Shown here: one piece after another, positions 51,685 to 61,775 of the stretch | Layout: every line of letters begins with the position of its first letter | Position numbering within the stretch: position 1 is the first letter of the stretch | Source: Christensenellaceae bacterium | Lineage (GTDB): Bacteria; Bacillota; Clostridia; Christensenellales; CAG-138 | Length of the DNA: 64,000 nucleotides | Assembly: GCA_022510765.1 (NCBI GenBank) | Contig: JAFLSU010000008.1 | Location: 1,991-65,990, forward strand | Direction of reading: 5' to 3' | The notes under the pieces: generated by a model | What the model saw: only the letters and a program-made list of their open reading frames with translations | Databases searched by the model: none | Told to the model about the DNA's origin: nothing | Made by a program: the position numbers and the translations under genes

Positions 51685-53064
51685 CTATTTTTCCCATACA
51701 GTCCTTTCCCTTAACATCAATACTACCGTCTCAACATGATGCGTCATCGGAAACATGTCCACAGGCTGCACGGATTCTATACCATATCCGCCGTCAGCCA
51801 GTATCCGGCAATCACGAGCAAGCGTTGCGGGATTGCAAGAAATATATGCAATGCGTGGAATATTGCTTGCGATTATTGCATCAAGTGCCGGCTTGTCCGC
51901 ACCCTTTCGGGGAGGATCGAGCACCAAAGCATCGGCGTGTTTACCGTCTTCTATAAGTCTTGGAAGCAATGATTCCGCTTTTCCGCAGATAAACGATGCA
52001 TTTGTGATGCCGTTTAACACCGCATTGCGCTTTGCATCCGAAACCGCGGATTCAACGCATTCTATACCAAGCACGGAGTTAACACGACCTGCCATCAGCA
52101 GTGAGATTGTGCCGATTCCGCAGTATAAATCGATTATATCATCGTTTGATGATAAATTCAATTGTTCAATAGCCTGCATATAAAGCCTAAGTGTCTGAAT
52201 CGGGTTTACCTGTAAAAAGCTCTGTACGCTGACCTCAAACTTTAGCCCGGAAATTTTCTCAATTATGGTATCCACGCCAAAAATCGTTTTGTTATTGCGA
52301 CCCAAAATGAGATTCGTATTGGATGGATTTACATTATGAATAATAGAGCGTATTTCCGGGACAGCGTTCGTAAGCATTTCTATGAGTTCCGTTGAATGCG
52401 GCAGCTTCCCCGTTGTTACGATGACTACCATCGCACCTCCTGCTGTTGTTCGCGCGACAACATGGCGAAGAATTCCCTCACGCGTACGCTCGTCATATGG
52501 TTGAATATGGAACCTGTTTGCCCATTCAGTTACGATACGAAGCACTTTCATCGAGATCTCATGCTGAATCATACATTCGGTTACGGGTATGATTCGATGA
52601 CTCTTTTTCGCAAAATAGCCCGAAACGACTACATTCTCTTTCTCGGCGAACGGAAAACTTGCCTTATTGCGATATCGACAAGGCACTTCCATCCCAAGCG
52701 TTTGTTTTACTTCGATTCCTTTAAAGCCGCCTATGCGCTCCATAGCGTCGCGAACCCGAGTTCGCTTGAATTCAAGCTGCGCATCGTAATTCATATGGAG
52801 CAGATCGCAGCCGCCGCACTCAGGATATGCGGCGCACTTGGTGAGCACCCGTTCCACGGCTTCCTCGTTTATCGAAAGCAGCTTTCCCTCGGCATAGGAA
52901 TTCGTTACTCTTTCGATACGAACCTTCACCTTTTCGCCAACGAGAGCGAGAGGCACGAAAACAGCCATGCCGCAGTATCTTCCTATGCCCTGTCCTTCCG
53001 AGCCAAGCGCATCGATGGTCAGTTCTATTTCGTCATTGCGCGAAAGTATTCTTGGACCGCTCAT
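51685..53064 (-). CDS. rlmD: 23S rRNA m5U1939 methyltransferase
   Basis: TRAM domain, CGGC, YRNK, FLQVN, DLYCGIG, DPPRKG, SCNPATLARD, DMFPMTHHVE. Confidence 0.96.
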   Translation of the reverse strand: MSGPRILSRNDEIELTIDALGSEGQGIGRYCGMAVFVPLALVGEKVKVRIERVTNSYAEGKLLSINEEAVERVLTKCAAYPECGGCDLLHMNYDAQLEFKRTRVRDAMERIGGFKGIEVKQTLGMEVPCRYRNKASFPFAEKENVVVSGYFAKKSHRIIPVTECMIQHEISMKVLRIVTEWANRFHIQPYDERTREGILRHVVARTTAGGAMVVIVTTGKLPHSTELIEMLTNAVPEIRSIIHNVNPSNTNLILGRNNKTIFGVDTIIEKISGLKFEVSVQSFLQVNPIQTLRLYMQAIEQLNLSSNDDIIDLYCGIGTISLLMAGRVNSVLGIECVESAVSDAKRNAVLNGITNASFICGKAESLLPRLIEDGKHADALVLDPPRKGADKPALDAIIASNIPRIAYISCNPATLARDCRILADGGYGIESVQPVDMFPMTHHVETVVLMLRERTVWEK

Positions 53065-53088
53065 ATGTTTTAATTTATCCTAATTCAA

Positions 53089-54051
53089 TCAAAATTTCGC
53101 CATGATCGTATTAAGATCATAGAGCTTATCATCAAAGCGATCCTTCGTTTCGACCGCCTCGGTGAGCGATACATCAATAATGCTGTTTTTAGAGATGCCT
53201 ACAGCCCTGCCGCCATTGTTGTCCGCAAGCAGTTCTACCGCGCGCTGACCGAACTTTGCCGCAAGCACCCTGTCGAATGCCGAAGGATTTCCGCCGCGTT
53301 GGATATAGCCAAGCACGGTAGCCTTAATTTCCACATCGGTATTCTCGCGAACGAATTTACAAAAGTCCTCCGCCTTTCCCGCGCCCTCAGCTATCATTAC
53401 TATGCTCGTTAGCTGACCGCGAAGCTTGTTTGCGGCAAGCATATCGGCCGCCTCAGCCCATGGCATCGGACGCTCCGGTACGAGTATCAAATCTGCCGCT
53501 CCGCTTATTCCTGCCCATAACGCAATATCGCCGCATCTGTGACCCATGACCTCGATTACACCTACTCTGTCATGCGCCCGCATGGTATCGCGAATCTTAT
53601 ATATCTCATTCATGACATTGTTTACGGCGGTGTCAAAGCCGATCGTAAAATCGGTGTAGCCCATGTCATTATCTATCGTGCCTGGTATGCCTACCACAGG
53701 TATGCCGTAACCGCTAAGAACATCCGCGCCTCGGAAGCTGCCGTCTCCACCGATGACGATAAGTCCTTCAATGCCATAGGCACGCAACACGTTTAGAGCT
53801 CTTTTCTGCCCTTCCTTGGTCTTAAATTCCTCGCTTCTGGCTGTTCGAAGTATGGTGCCACCCTTATGCATCTTGCTCTCGACATCAGCATGCCCGAGAT
53901 AGTCGACCCTTCCTTCTATAAGACCCTTATAGCCATGATAGATGCCCATCACCTGCATATCCATATCCACTCCGGTCTTAAAGACCGAGCGGATCGCTGC
54001 GTTCATGCCCGGCGTATCCCCGCCGCTTGTTAAAACTCCGATTCGTTTCAT
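53089..54051 (-). CDS. pfkA: ATP-dependent 6-phosphofructokinase
   Basis: LTSGGD.PGMNA, GGDGS, PGTIDND (Gly at both ATP-specificity positions), QRGG. Confidence 0.93.
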   Translation of the reverse strand: MKRIGVLTSGGDTPGMNAAIRSVFKTGVDMDMQVMGIYHGYKGLIEGRVDYLGHADVESKMHKGGTILRTARSEEFKTKEGQKRALNVLRAYGIEGLIVIGGDGSFRGADVLSGYGIPVVGIPGTIDNDMGYTDFTIGFDTAVNNVMNEIYKIRDTMRAHDRVGVIEVMGHRCGDIALWAGISGAADLILVPERPMPWAEAADMLAANKLRGQLTSIVMIAEGAGKAEDFCKFVRENTDVEIKATVLGYIQRGGNPSAFDRVLAAKFGQRAVELLADNNGGRAVGISKNSIIDVSLTEAVETKDRFDDKLYDLNTIMAKF

Positions 54052-54136
54052 TCTTATTGTCCTATCTTTCACCCAAGTAAAAGCTTCCTTTCTTGGGTAC
54101 CAAGCTACTTTCTCGATACTTACTTAAAGCTCGTTA

Positions 54137-57100
54137 TTAGTTTTGCCCCTTCGCATAGAGCTTTACGTTATCCGCACCGAGCAGACCGCAAAGCATATTT
54201 ATTAACGCCGGCTGGGAATTTACCCAAAGTTCCTTGGGCGCAAGCATGGGCTTAGGTTTCGAGTGATAAACAAATACCACCTCGGTATTTCCCGGGTATC
54301 GACGCAAGGTTTCGACAACTCGATCATTGAGAAGCTCCGTATCCTCGGTAAACCTAATTGCAAGACGGTATTTTTGACCCTTCATAAGCGGAACCACCTC
54401 GTCCACAAGGATTGAATTCGCCCTATCCTCGCGCATGGAGAGCCGACCCGAAACAATGACCGCCTTATCATTTATGAGCAGCGGGGCATATCTTGAGTAT
54501 ATGCTTGGGAACACGGCAAGCTCCACATTCCCCGTCATATCCTCCAGCATGCCGTATCCCATCATGCCCGAGCCTGATTTTACGGGTCTTGTTCTCATGC
54601 CCGTAACGATCCCTCCAACGCGCACCACCGCATTATCCTTTATTCTGCCCGTTCCATCGGCATCCGAAAGCTCTGCGCAGGTACAGCCGAGATTGACAAG
54701 CTCCTGCTCGTACTCCATCAGAGGATGCCCACTGACATAGATGCCCATGACTTCACGCTCAAGCGTAAGAAGCTGTTCAAGCGGGAATTCATTATGCGTC
54801 TCGTCCGCATCAACAGGAACGCTCGTCTCGATGGATTCGTTACCAAAATCAAAAAACGACATCTGACCCGATTCGAGCCGCTTGCGCTCAGCGTTGGCGG
54901 AGGCAAGTTCATGCTCGTAATGTGACATCAGGTATTGGCGTGAAACCTGCATTGCATCAAAGCAGCCGGCCTTGATAAGTCCTTCGATAAGGCGTTTGTT
55001 CAGTCCCTCGTTTCGGCGCAGGAAGCTCGAAAAATCCGAAAACCGACCGTTTAATTTACGCTCATTTAGCACATCGAGCATGACGCTCTCACCCACATTG
55101 CGTATCGCGGCAAGGCCAAACCTTATTGAGCCGTTTTCCACCGAAAACCTTGCTTCACTCTTATTAATGTCGGGAGGAAGTATGCTTATGCCAAGCTTTC
55201 TGCAATAGTAAATATAGCTCGCGATCTTCTCCGGCGTAGTCATGAAGCTGTTGATGAGCGCAGTCATAAACTCGACCGGATATAGGCATTTTAGAAGTGC
55301 TGTTCGATATGTGGTAACGGCATAACAGGCCGCATGAGCTTTATTGAACGCATAGGAAGCAAAGTCCATCATTTCGTTAAAAATTTCCTCAGCGGCAGCT
55401 CGTGAAACGCCGCGCCTTAGCGCACCATCGACCTTGACGACCCCATCCTCCACGATACCGTTTATGAAGTTTTCCCGCTCCTTCGCCATCACATCGTGCT
55501 TTTTCTTGCTCATCGCACGGCGCACAAGATCGCTCCTGCCGAGCGAATAGCCCGCAAGATCCCTGACTATCTGCATTACCTGCTCCTGATACACCATGCA
55601 GCCATAGGTCGTATCCAGTATTGGGCGCAGCAGCTCCGTTTCGTAATGCACATTTGCACGGTTCTGCTTGCCCTCGATGTACCTTGGTATCTGATCCATG
55701 GGGCCTGGGCGGAACAGGGAAATTCCTGCGATTATGTCCTCAAGGCTGTCCGGCTTCATCTGCATCATAAACTGCGTCATACCCGCCGATTCAAGCTGGA
55801 ACACTCCGACGGTATCGCCCGAGCGTATGAGGTCATAAACGCGTTCGTCATCATAGGCACTGTTATCAAAATCGGGAAGTTCTCCTCCGGCCGCACGAAC
55901 ATATTCGCAGCAGTCCCGTATCACCGTTAACGTGCGAAGCCCGAGAAAGTCCATCTTAAGCATTCCAAGCTCCTCAAGCTCGGTCATGGTGAACTGTGTC
56001 GTTATAGCCTCATCGTTGCGCTGCAAGGGAACAAGCTCCATCGTGGGAAGTGATGAAATTACCACGCCAGCCGCATGGGTGGATGTATTTCTTGGCAAGC
56101 CCTCTACCTTCAGCGCGAGATCCAGCATACGCTTGGTATTTTCATCGGTATCATACAGAGTTTTAAGCTCCGGTACCATTTCAAGCGCGGTCGTCAGGTT
56201 CATATCCTTCATCTGGGGTATAAGCTTCGCTATCCTGTCAACATCCTGATATGGGATGCGCAATACCCTTCCGACATCGCGCACCGCACCCCTTGCCGCC
56301 ATGGTGCCGAAGGTGACGATCTGCGCCACATGATCGCTTCCGTATTTATTCTTTACATAATCGATTACTTCCTGACGGCGTTCGTAGCAGAAGTCCACAT
56401 CAAAATCGGGCATACTTATGCGCTCGGGGTTCAGGAAACGTTCAAAAAGGAGATTGTATTTTATTGGGTCAATATCAGTAATTCCCATCACGTAGGCGGC
56501 TATGGAGGCCGCACCGCTGCCGCGCCCGGGGCCAACGACTATGCCGTTACTTTTGGCAAAATGTATAAAATCCCACACTATGAGATAATAATCGACAAAC
56601 CCCATCGTGGTGATGACGTTAAGCTCGAATTCAAGACGCTCTATTTGTTCCTTCGTAGGTTCACCGTAGCGCCTTCTAAGACCCTCGCCGCACAGCTTGC
56701 GAAGGAATGTCTCGTTATCCGTTCCATCGGGATTGGCGAATCCCGGCAGGTGACGCTTCCCAAATTCTATTGTCAGGCTGCATTTCGAGGCTATCTCGGC
56801 GGTATTGGAGACAGCCTCCTCGTATCCATACATGTGCTGACGCATTTCCTCCTCGGACTTGAGGTAGAATTCCTCCGTCTCCATGCGCATACGGTTGGTC
56901 TCATCTACGAAGCGTCCTGTCTGTATGCACATCAGCACATCCTGCGCCTCGGCATCGCTGCGCTTTACATAATGAATGTCATTCGTTGCAACGGTCTTTA
57001 TTCCAAGTTCCTTTGCAAGCTCGTTTAAGCGCGGAAGCACCACAAGTTGGTCCGGAATGCCGTGGTTCTGCAGCTCAATATAAAAATCATCCCCGAATAC

Positions 57101-57583
57101 ACGCTTTAACCGTATGGCGAGCGCTCTTGCTTCATCATACCGGTTCATAAGCAGGTACTGGGGAATATCGCCTGCCAAACACGCAGATAAGCAGATTAGA
57201 CCTTCGCTGTGCTTTTCAAGGAGGTCATAATCTATCCTCGGGCGATAATAAAAGCCGTCCACAAAAGCAATCGACGAAAGCTTTATCAGGTTTTTATAGC
57301 CTTGCTCGTTCTTGCACAGTAATATTAGATGGGCATTTTCGCGCATGCCCGTTTTATCGTATATGGATTTCGGAGCGACATAAGCCTCCATTCCGATTAT
57401 CGGCTTAATGCCTTCCTTGGTACATTTTTTATAGAATTCAATTACGCCGTACATGTTGCCATGGTCGGTTATCGCAAGCGATTCCATTCCGAGCTCCTTT
57501 GCCCGCTCGACAAGCTCCTTGATCCGTGCTGCTCCGTCAAGCAGACTGTATTCGGTGTGCACATGCAAATGCGTGAAGCTCAT
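54137..57583 (-). CDS. dnaE: DNA polymerase III alpha subunit
   Basis: HLHVHTEYSLLDGA, GPGRGS, FERFLNPER.SMPDFDVDF, KMDFLGL; GGAGG before ATG 57583. Confidence 0.97.
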   Translation of the reverse strand: MSFTHLHVHTEYSLLDGAARIKELVERAKELGMESLAITDHGNMYGVIEFYKKCTKEGIKPIIGMEAYVAPKSIYDKTGMRENAHLILLCKNEQGYKNLIKLSSIAFVDGFYYRPRIDYDLLEKHSEGLICLSACLAGDIPQYLLMNRYDEARALAIRLKRVFGDDFYIELQNHGIPDQLVVLPRLNELAKELGIKTVATNDIHYVKRSDAEAQDVLMCIQTGRFVDETNRMRMETEEFYLKSEEEMRQHMYGYEEAVSNTAEIASKCSLTIEFGKRHLPGFANPDGTDNETFLRKLCGEGLRRRYGEPTKEQIERLEFELNVITTMGFVDYYLIVWDFIHFAKSNGIVVGPGRGSGAASIAAYVMGITDIDPIKYNLLFERFLNPERISMPDFDVDFCYERRQEVIDYVKNKYGSDHVAQIVTFGTMAARGAVRDVGRVLRIPYQDVDRIAKLIPQMKDMNLTTALEMVPELKTLYDTDENTKRMLDLALKVEGLPRNTSTHAAGVVISSLPTMELVPLQRNDEAITTQFTMTELEELGMLKMDFLGLRTLTVIRDCCEYVRAAGGELPDFDNSAYDDERVYDLIRSGDTVGVFQLESAGMTQFMMQMKPDSLEDIIAGISLFRPGPMDQIPRYIEGKQNRANVHYETELLRPILDTTYGCMVYQEQVMQIVRDLAGYSLGRSDLVRRAMSKKKHDVMAKERENFINGIVEDGVVKVDGALRRGVSRAAAEEIFNEMMDFASYAFNKAHAACYAVTTYRTALLKCLYPVEFMTALINSFMTTPEKIASYIYYCRKLGISILPPDINKSEARFSVENGSIRFGLAAIRNVGESVMLDVLNERKLNGRFSDFSSFLRRNEGLNKRLIEGLIKAGCFDAMQVSRQYLMSHYEHELASANAERKRLESGQMSFFDFGNESIETSVPVDADETHNEFPLEQLLTLEREVMGIYVSGHPLMEYEQELVNLGCTCAELSDADGTGRIKDNAVVRVGGIVTGMRTRPVKSGSGMMGYGMLEDMTGNVELAVFPSIYSRYAPLLINDKAVIVSGRLSMREDRANSILVDEVVPLMKGQKYRLAIRFTEDTELLNDRVVETLRRYPGNTEVVFVYHSKPKPMLAPKELWVNSQPALINMLCGLLGADNVKLYAKGQN

Positions 57584-57671
57584 CCCTTCACCTCCCTTGG
57601 CCTTAATTCGGCTGACATTATTCAGCATTCGTTTTAGATTTTATCTTTTATTATAGTTATTTCTTTAATCT

Positions 57672-58631
57672 TTAAACTATCTTAGGCGTTACGCCAATGC
57701 GGATATCCTCCGCCATTTCGCTTAACCTTTTTAATCTATAGTTTACCGCGGATTTCCCGATGCCCAGCTCCTCCGCAAGCTCTAATAGAGACATTTCGTA
57801 ATTGTTTAGTCTGGCCTCCGCAACCATCCTAAGCTGCTCCGGAAGATTATCATACCCAATCGTATCGATAACGAGACGTATATCCCCCGCTTGACGCAAA
57901 GCTGTCTTAGAGACCCTTTCAAGGTTCGCGTTGATGCAGTTTACGCTTCGATTCGCTTCATTGGATGCCTGCTTGATTATCCTTGTTTCCGTAACTGCCA
58001 TCATTGCTGAGGATGCCCCCATCAGCGCAAGAAGGTTTTCAAGCTGTTCACCATCCTTAATGTAGACAAGCTCCGAAGCCTTCCGCCGTGTGCGTTTAGC
58101 GTTTATTCCGAACTGCATAAGCAGATCGTTGGCACAATCCGCTATCTCTGCGTTTTTAAACACGAACTCTGCGTGATATGCCTTTTGCGGCTCTGTGACC
58201 GTGCCGCAGGCGAGGAAAAGACCGCGTAAAAAAGCACGGCTCTTCGTTTCGGTATCGGCAATATCATTCGGAAGCCTTGGGGAAAAAGTCTTATCACCAT
58301 CATTATCGATGCTCATTATCCCGGTATCCAGCATGAATCTTTCGACACTTTCGCCGTAAAGAAGCAGCTCGTTGTAGACGGCGTTAAGCCGCTCGTGACT
58401 CACCTTAGAAATGCTGCATTCAAGGCCGTAATACTGCGCCGAAAGCTTCGCTATAAGCGTCACCGCAGCCTCGTTTTCGCTTACAAAATGCACTCCCCAT
58501 TGCCGCAGGTTCGGTATGAGCTTCAATGAACCTATGCTCAATGTGAACGCACTTAGAAGCGCCAAAGCGTCGCTTTCTCGTTTTATGCGCAGGCCCGTCA
58601 GTTCCCGTTTTATATCCGATGAAAACGACAT
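57672..58631 (-). CDS. whiA: DNA-binding protein WhiA
   Basis: MSFSS.IK.EL, FLRGLFLACG...P...YHAE, NR.VNC..AN, KSAVNYRL. Confidence 0.93.
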   Translation of the reverse strand: MSFSSDIKRELTGLRIKRESDALALLSAFTLSIGSLKLIPNLRQWGVHFVSENEAAVTLIAKLSAQYYGLECSISKVSHERLNAVYNELLLYGESVERFMLDTGIMSIDNDGDKTFSPRLPNDIADTETKSRAFLRGLFLACGTVTEPQKAYHAEFVFKNAEIADCANDLLMQFGINAKRTRRKASELVYIKDGEQLENLLALMGASSAMMAVTETRIIKQASNEANRSVNCINANLERVSKTALRQAGDIRLVIDTIGYDNLPEQLRMVAEARLNNYEMSLLELAEELGIGKSAVNYRLKRLSEMAEDIRIGVTPKIV

Positions 58632-59527
58632 TATCTTGCGTTGAACCTCTCCTTTATATCGTCTGCCTCTGTAACGAGATCGCGATGCTCCAGCATCACC
58701 TGGTATTCTCCGGCCATCCTGTCGTGCAGCGCCTCAGCCATCGCAACCGAGCGATGCCTTCCTCCGGTGCAGCCGAACGAAATCATGAGCCTGCGCTTTC
58801 CCTGTTTTTTAAATTCCGGAATCACGAGTTTAAGCATGTCCACTATCATGTCAAGCTGCCTGCATACCGCAGGATCGGAGAACACAAACTCTTTGACCTC
58901 ATCGTCCCTGCCCGATAGGAGCCTCAGTTCCTCCACATAGAACGGATTGGGCGTGTAGCGCATATCGAAGATATAATCCGCGTTGTACGGAATCCCACGC
59001 TTGTATCCGAAGCTTGAGATTATAAGCCTCAGCGGAACATTCTCGCCCCTCATAAGTATGCCCTCTATGGTTCTAGAAAGCTCGATGGGTGTCATATTGG
59101 TCGTTTCGATGATGTAATTCGCCTTTTCCTTAAGAGGTGCCAGCATAGCTCGCTCCATCGCTATACCGATGCTGACATCGTTGTTCATCGGGTGGGGTCT
59201 GCGTGTTTCGCTGTAGCGATGCTTGAGAACCGCATCCTCGCACTCCAAAAACATTATATCATATGGATAAGTTATCGATTTCAGCTCATTATATGTACTC
59301 AACGGATTGTAACCAAAGACCGACTCCCTGCTGTCAAGCACTAGCGCCACCCGTGTAATCTCATTTTCACAGTTTGCGCAAAGATCCAGATACTCGTTCA
59401 CGAGTTGACAGGGCAGGTTGTCCGCGCAAACAAAGCCCATGTCCTCCAATGCGCTGAGCGCGTTGGACTTTCCTGTCCCCGACAACCCAGTAACGATCAG
59501 AATATACATGTTGTTTTTCTGATTCAT
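58631..59527 (-). CDS. rapZ: RapZ/YvcJ RNase adaptor NTPase
   Basis: VTGLSGTGKS, DNLP, ETRRPHP, SFGYK.G, GCTGGRHRSV. Confidence 0.93.
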   Translation of the reverse strand: MNQKNNMYILIVTGLSGTGKSNALSALEDMGFVCADNLPCQLVNEYLDLCANCENEITRVALVLDSRESVFGYNPLSTYNELKSITYPYDIMFLECEDAVLKHRYSETRRPHPMNNDVSIGIAMERAMLAPLKEKANYIIETTNMTPIELSRTIEGILMRGENVPLRLIISSFGYKRGIPYNADYIFDMRYTPNPFYVEELRLLSGRDDEVKEFVFSDPAVCRQLDMIVDMLKLVIPEFKKQGKRRLMISFGCTGGRHRSVAMAEALHDRMAGEYQVMLEHRDLVTEADDIKERFNAR

Positions 59528-59560
59528 TCAAATTTCCGCCTTTTCTATGACCGATTTTTT

Positions 59561-59611
59561 AATGATCTTCATTTCCCAATGATCTTCATCCTTCGTCGAT
59601 CTACATATCTC
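59561..59611. repeat. Degenerate 17-bp tandem repeat, 3 units
   Basis: aatgatcttcatttccc / aatgatcttcatccttc / gtcgatctacatatctc. Confidence 0.55.
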
Positions 59612-59683
59612 CATCTTCTCGTTCTTAAATAGCTCTTGTCCACAAGCAGACTTTTGCAAAATAAATTTTATCTTATGTAATGT

Positions 59684-60598
59684 TCATCTGATTATTTTTA
59701 CCTCAGGTTCCAGATTCACTTTGAATTTGCGCATGACCGTCGTGCGCACGAGCTCAATAAGCCCCATGACATCGTTGAAAGTCGCGCCGCCGCAATTTAT
59801 GATGAAACCCGCATGCTTGACGCTAACCATCGCGTTTCCGACCCTTGCGCCCTTCAATCCCGCATCCTCTATCAGCTTTCCGGCAAAATAACCTTTCGGA
59901 CGCTTGAACGTGCTTCCCGCCGACGGATATTCTAGCGGTTGTTTCTGCCTGCGCCTTTGGCCGTATTCATCCATCAGCGCCTTTGCGCAGCCGTCATCAT
60001 TGTTAAGCTCCATCGTCGCACTAACAACTATTGAATCGGGATATGCAAATGATGAGTATCGATAGCCAAGGTCCCCATCCGAAACCCGCTTTTCGACTAT
60101 CATGCCGTTTTTGATAATGCGTACCGACTTAAGAACCTGCTTTATCTCTCCGTCGTATGCTCCGGCATTCATCGCAACGCCGCCTCCGACAGTGCCGGGT
60201 ATCCCTGCGGCCCATTCAAGCCCGCGCAACCCTCTGCACACGCTTGCCTTTGCTACGCTGCAAAGCAATGCACCGGCATCCGCAGTTACGCTTGTGCCAT
60301 GGAAAGAACATGATGACATTTTCTCGCATATTCGAATGAACAGCGCGTCCACCCCATCATCGGAAACGAGCAAATTACTGCCGTTGCCGATCACATAGAC
60401 CGGATAACCGCATCGACCCGCCGCGCATAGGAATTTGCACAGCTCGTCCACGCTGCGCGGCTCGGCGAAGAATGCCATCGGCCCTCCTATGCGGAAGCTG
60501 GTATACGACCTCGCCAAGACATCAGTCCTGTATTCCAAATCGCCAAGCTCGGCGATGAGTCCATTCTTCCTGTCCATGAATCCCCTTTTAGATTCCAT
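59684..60598 (-). CDS. murB: UDP-N-acetylmuramate dehydrogenase
   Basis: TSFRIGG, GNGSNLL, GIPGTVGG...MNAGAY, QPLEYPSAGSTFKRP, KHAGF; start at 60598 inferred. Confidence 0.95.
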   Translation of the reverse strand: MESKRGFMDRKNGLIAELGDLEYRTDVLARSYTSFRIGGPMAFFAEPRSVDELCKFLCAAGRCGYPVYVIGNGSNLLVSDDGVDALFIRICEKMSSCSFHGTSVTADAGALLCSVAKASVCRGLRGLEWAAGIPGTVGGGVAMNAGAYDGEIKQVLKSVRIIKNGMIVEKRVSDGDLGYRYSSFAYPDSIVVSATMELNNDDGCAKALMDEYGQRRRQKQPLEYPSAGSTFKRPKGYFAGKLIEDAGLKGARVGNAMVSVKHAGFIINCGGATFNDVMGLIELVRTTVMRKFKVNLEPEVKIIR

Positions 60599-60753
60599 TG
60601 TCGAACCCTTCCGAATAACTTCATACAAGTTCGAAATCATTAAGAGTACCTTCTTAGGCAAAACGCCGCACAACTCCGTACGCGCGGAACACAAGCAGAC
60701 ACTCTCCCATTATGCATATTATACAATAAACGTGCCTTTGCTGCAAACTCGAT

Positions 60754-61662
60754 TTAACCGCAGTTTCTATGCCATTCATCAAATGTATTAGGAAATTTAT
60801 ACATGCTCTGGTCTATCAGCCCATATGCCTCCCCAAGAAATGCCTGTTCATACTTCCGCTCTACCCGCTCGTTCAATGGCATAAGCCCAATCGAACAGAG
60901 CTGGGACTGCGCTTTTTCGGACAAAGCTGCATTGAACAGCTCATTAATGTATGGCAGTTTTGCAGGCTCGCAATCCGCGCTTGTGCCAAGATACTGCACA
61001 AGATCGGTCTCATTAAGAAACGGCAGCACCTCAAAATACTCGGCCTTACCCGCGATAAGTGCGCGCTGCAAATCCCCCGAATCCCTCGCGTCCGCCAAAC
61101 AGCAGGAGACCTTGCCCTTTTTAAAATCCTCCAATGAATTGTCCTGTGCCATACCGGGATCCTCCGATAACTCGGAAGCCGTGATCTTCGACGGATAATA
61201 AAGGATAACGCTGCATGAAGCGCAATAAGGAACCGCACGCAGAACCGCCATATCCATGCCGCTTGACACATCAACATCATATTCGCCCTCCAGCACAGCA
61301 AGCTCTCCCCCGCTGCACCAACCACTTGGAAAGCTCAAAGCATCAGGAAATTTACCGTTTGATATACGGGCCGCCGCCTCGTCAACCGTGATCGAATCCA
61401 CCTCAAAGTACACGCCAAAATGCTTCTTTTCAACGGAGCGCGCACGCTCCGAAAGCCACGAACCCAAACTGCCCAGATAGGGTTTGAATCCCACCACATG
61501 CCATACCGTTATCACTCCTTCGAAATCCTCCGATTTAGGCTCCATCCACTCCCGATAGTAGTCACGTCCAAGCATTGCATCGGTAAACTTCGGCAGATAC
61601 ACGAGCAAAAGTAAAATCGCAGGTATGAGTGCAAATGAAATTATTCGCTGAAACCTTGTCAT
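60754..61662 (-). CDS. Hypothetical membrane-anchored protein, solute-binding-like
   Basis: N-terminal TM helix; ITVWH...EKKHFGVYFEV...G.FPD pattern resembling SBP folds. Confidence 0.55.
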   Translation of the reverse strand: MTRFQRIISFALIPAILLLLVYLPKFTDAMLGRDYYREWMEPKSEDFEGVITVWHVVGFKPYLGSLGSWLSERARSVEKKHFGVYFEVDSITVDEAAARISNGKFPDALSFPSGWCSGGELAVLEGEYDVDVSSGMDMAVLRAVPYCASCSVILYYPSKITASELSEDPGMAQDNSLEDFKKGKVSCCLADARDSGDLQRALIAGKAEYFEVLPFLNETDLVQYLGTSADCEPAKLPYINELFNAALSEKAQSQLCSIGLMPLNERVERKYEQAFLGEAYGLIDQSMYKFPNTFDEWHRNCG

Positions 61663-61775
61663 GATGCATTGTATGCAGAATTATGCACGGTAATGCTTTA
61701 CATGAGTGCATAAACCAATAGAAGGCACATACATATGCCTTCGTGCGATATTAAATATCTGAAACAAAAACCTCT

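Noticed and set aside
50310-51763. aaatatgtccaca (50310-50322) versus aaacatgtccaca in rlmD (51751-51763) as an att pair
   Set aside because: Only 12/13 identity with no extension, which could be chance.
54076-54125. Weak tandem similarity upstream of pfkA (aagcttcctttcttgggtac / aagctactttctcgatac)
   Set aside because: Too short and degenerate to interpret.
56075-57028. 317-aa antisense ORF
   Set aside because: Shadow of dnaE on the opposite strand, with no RBS or domain signal.
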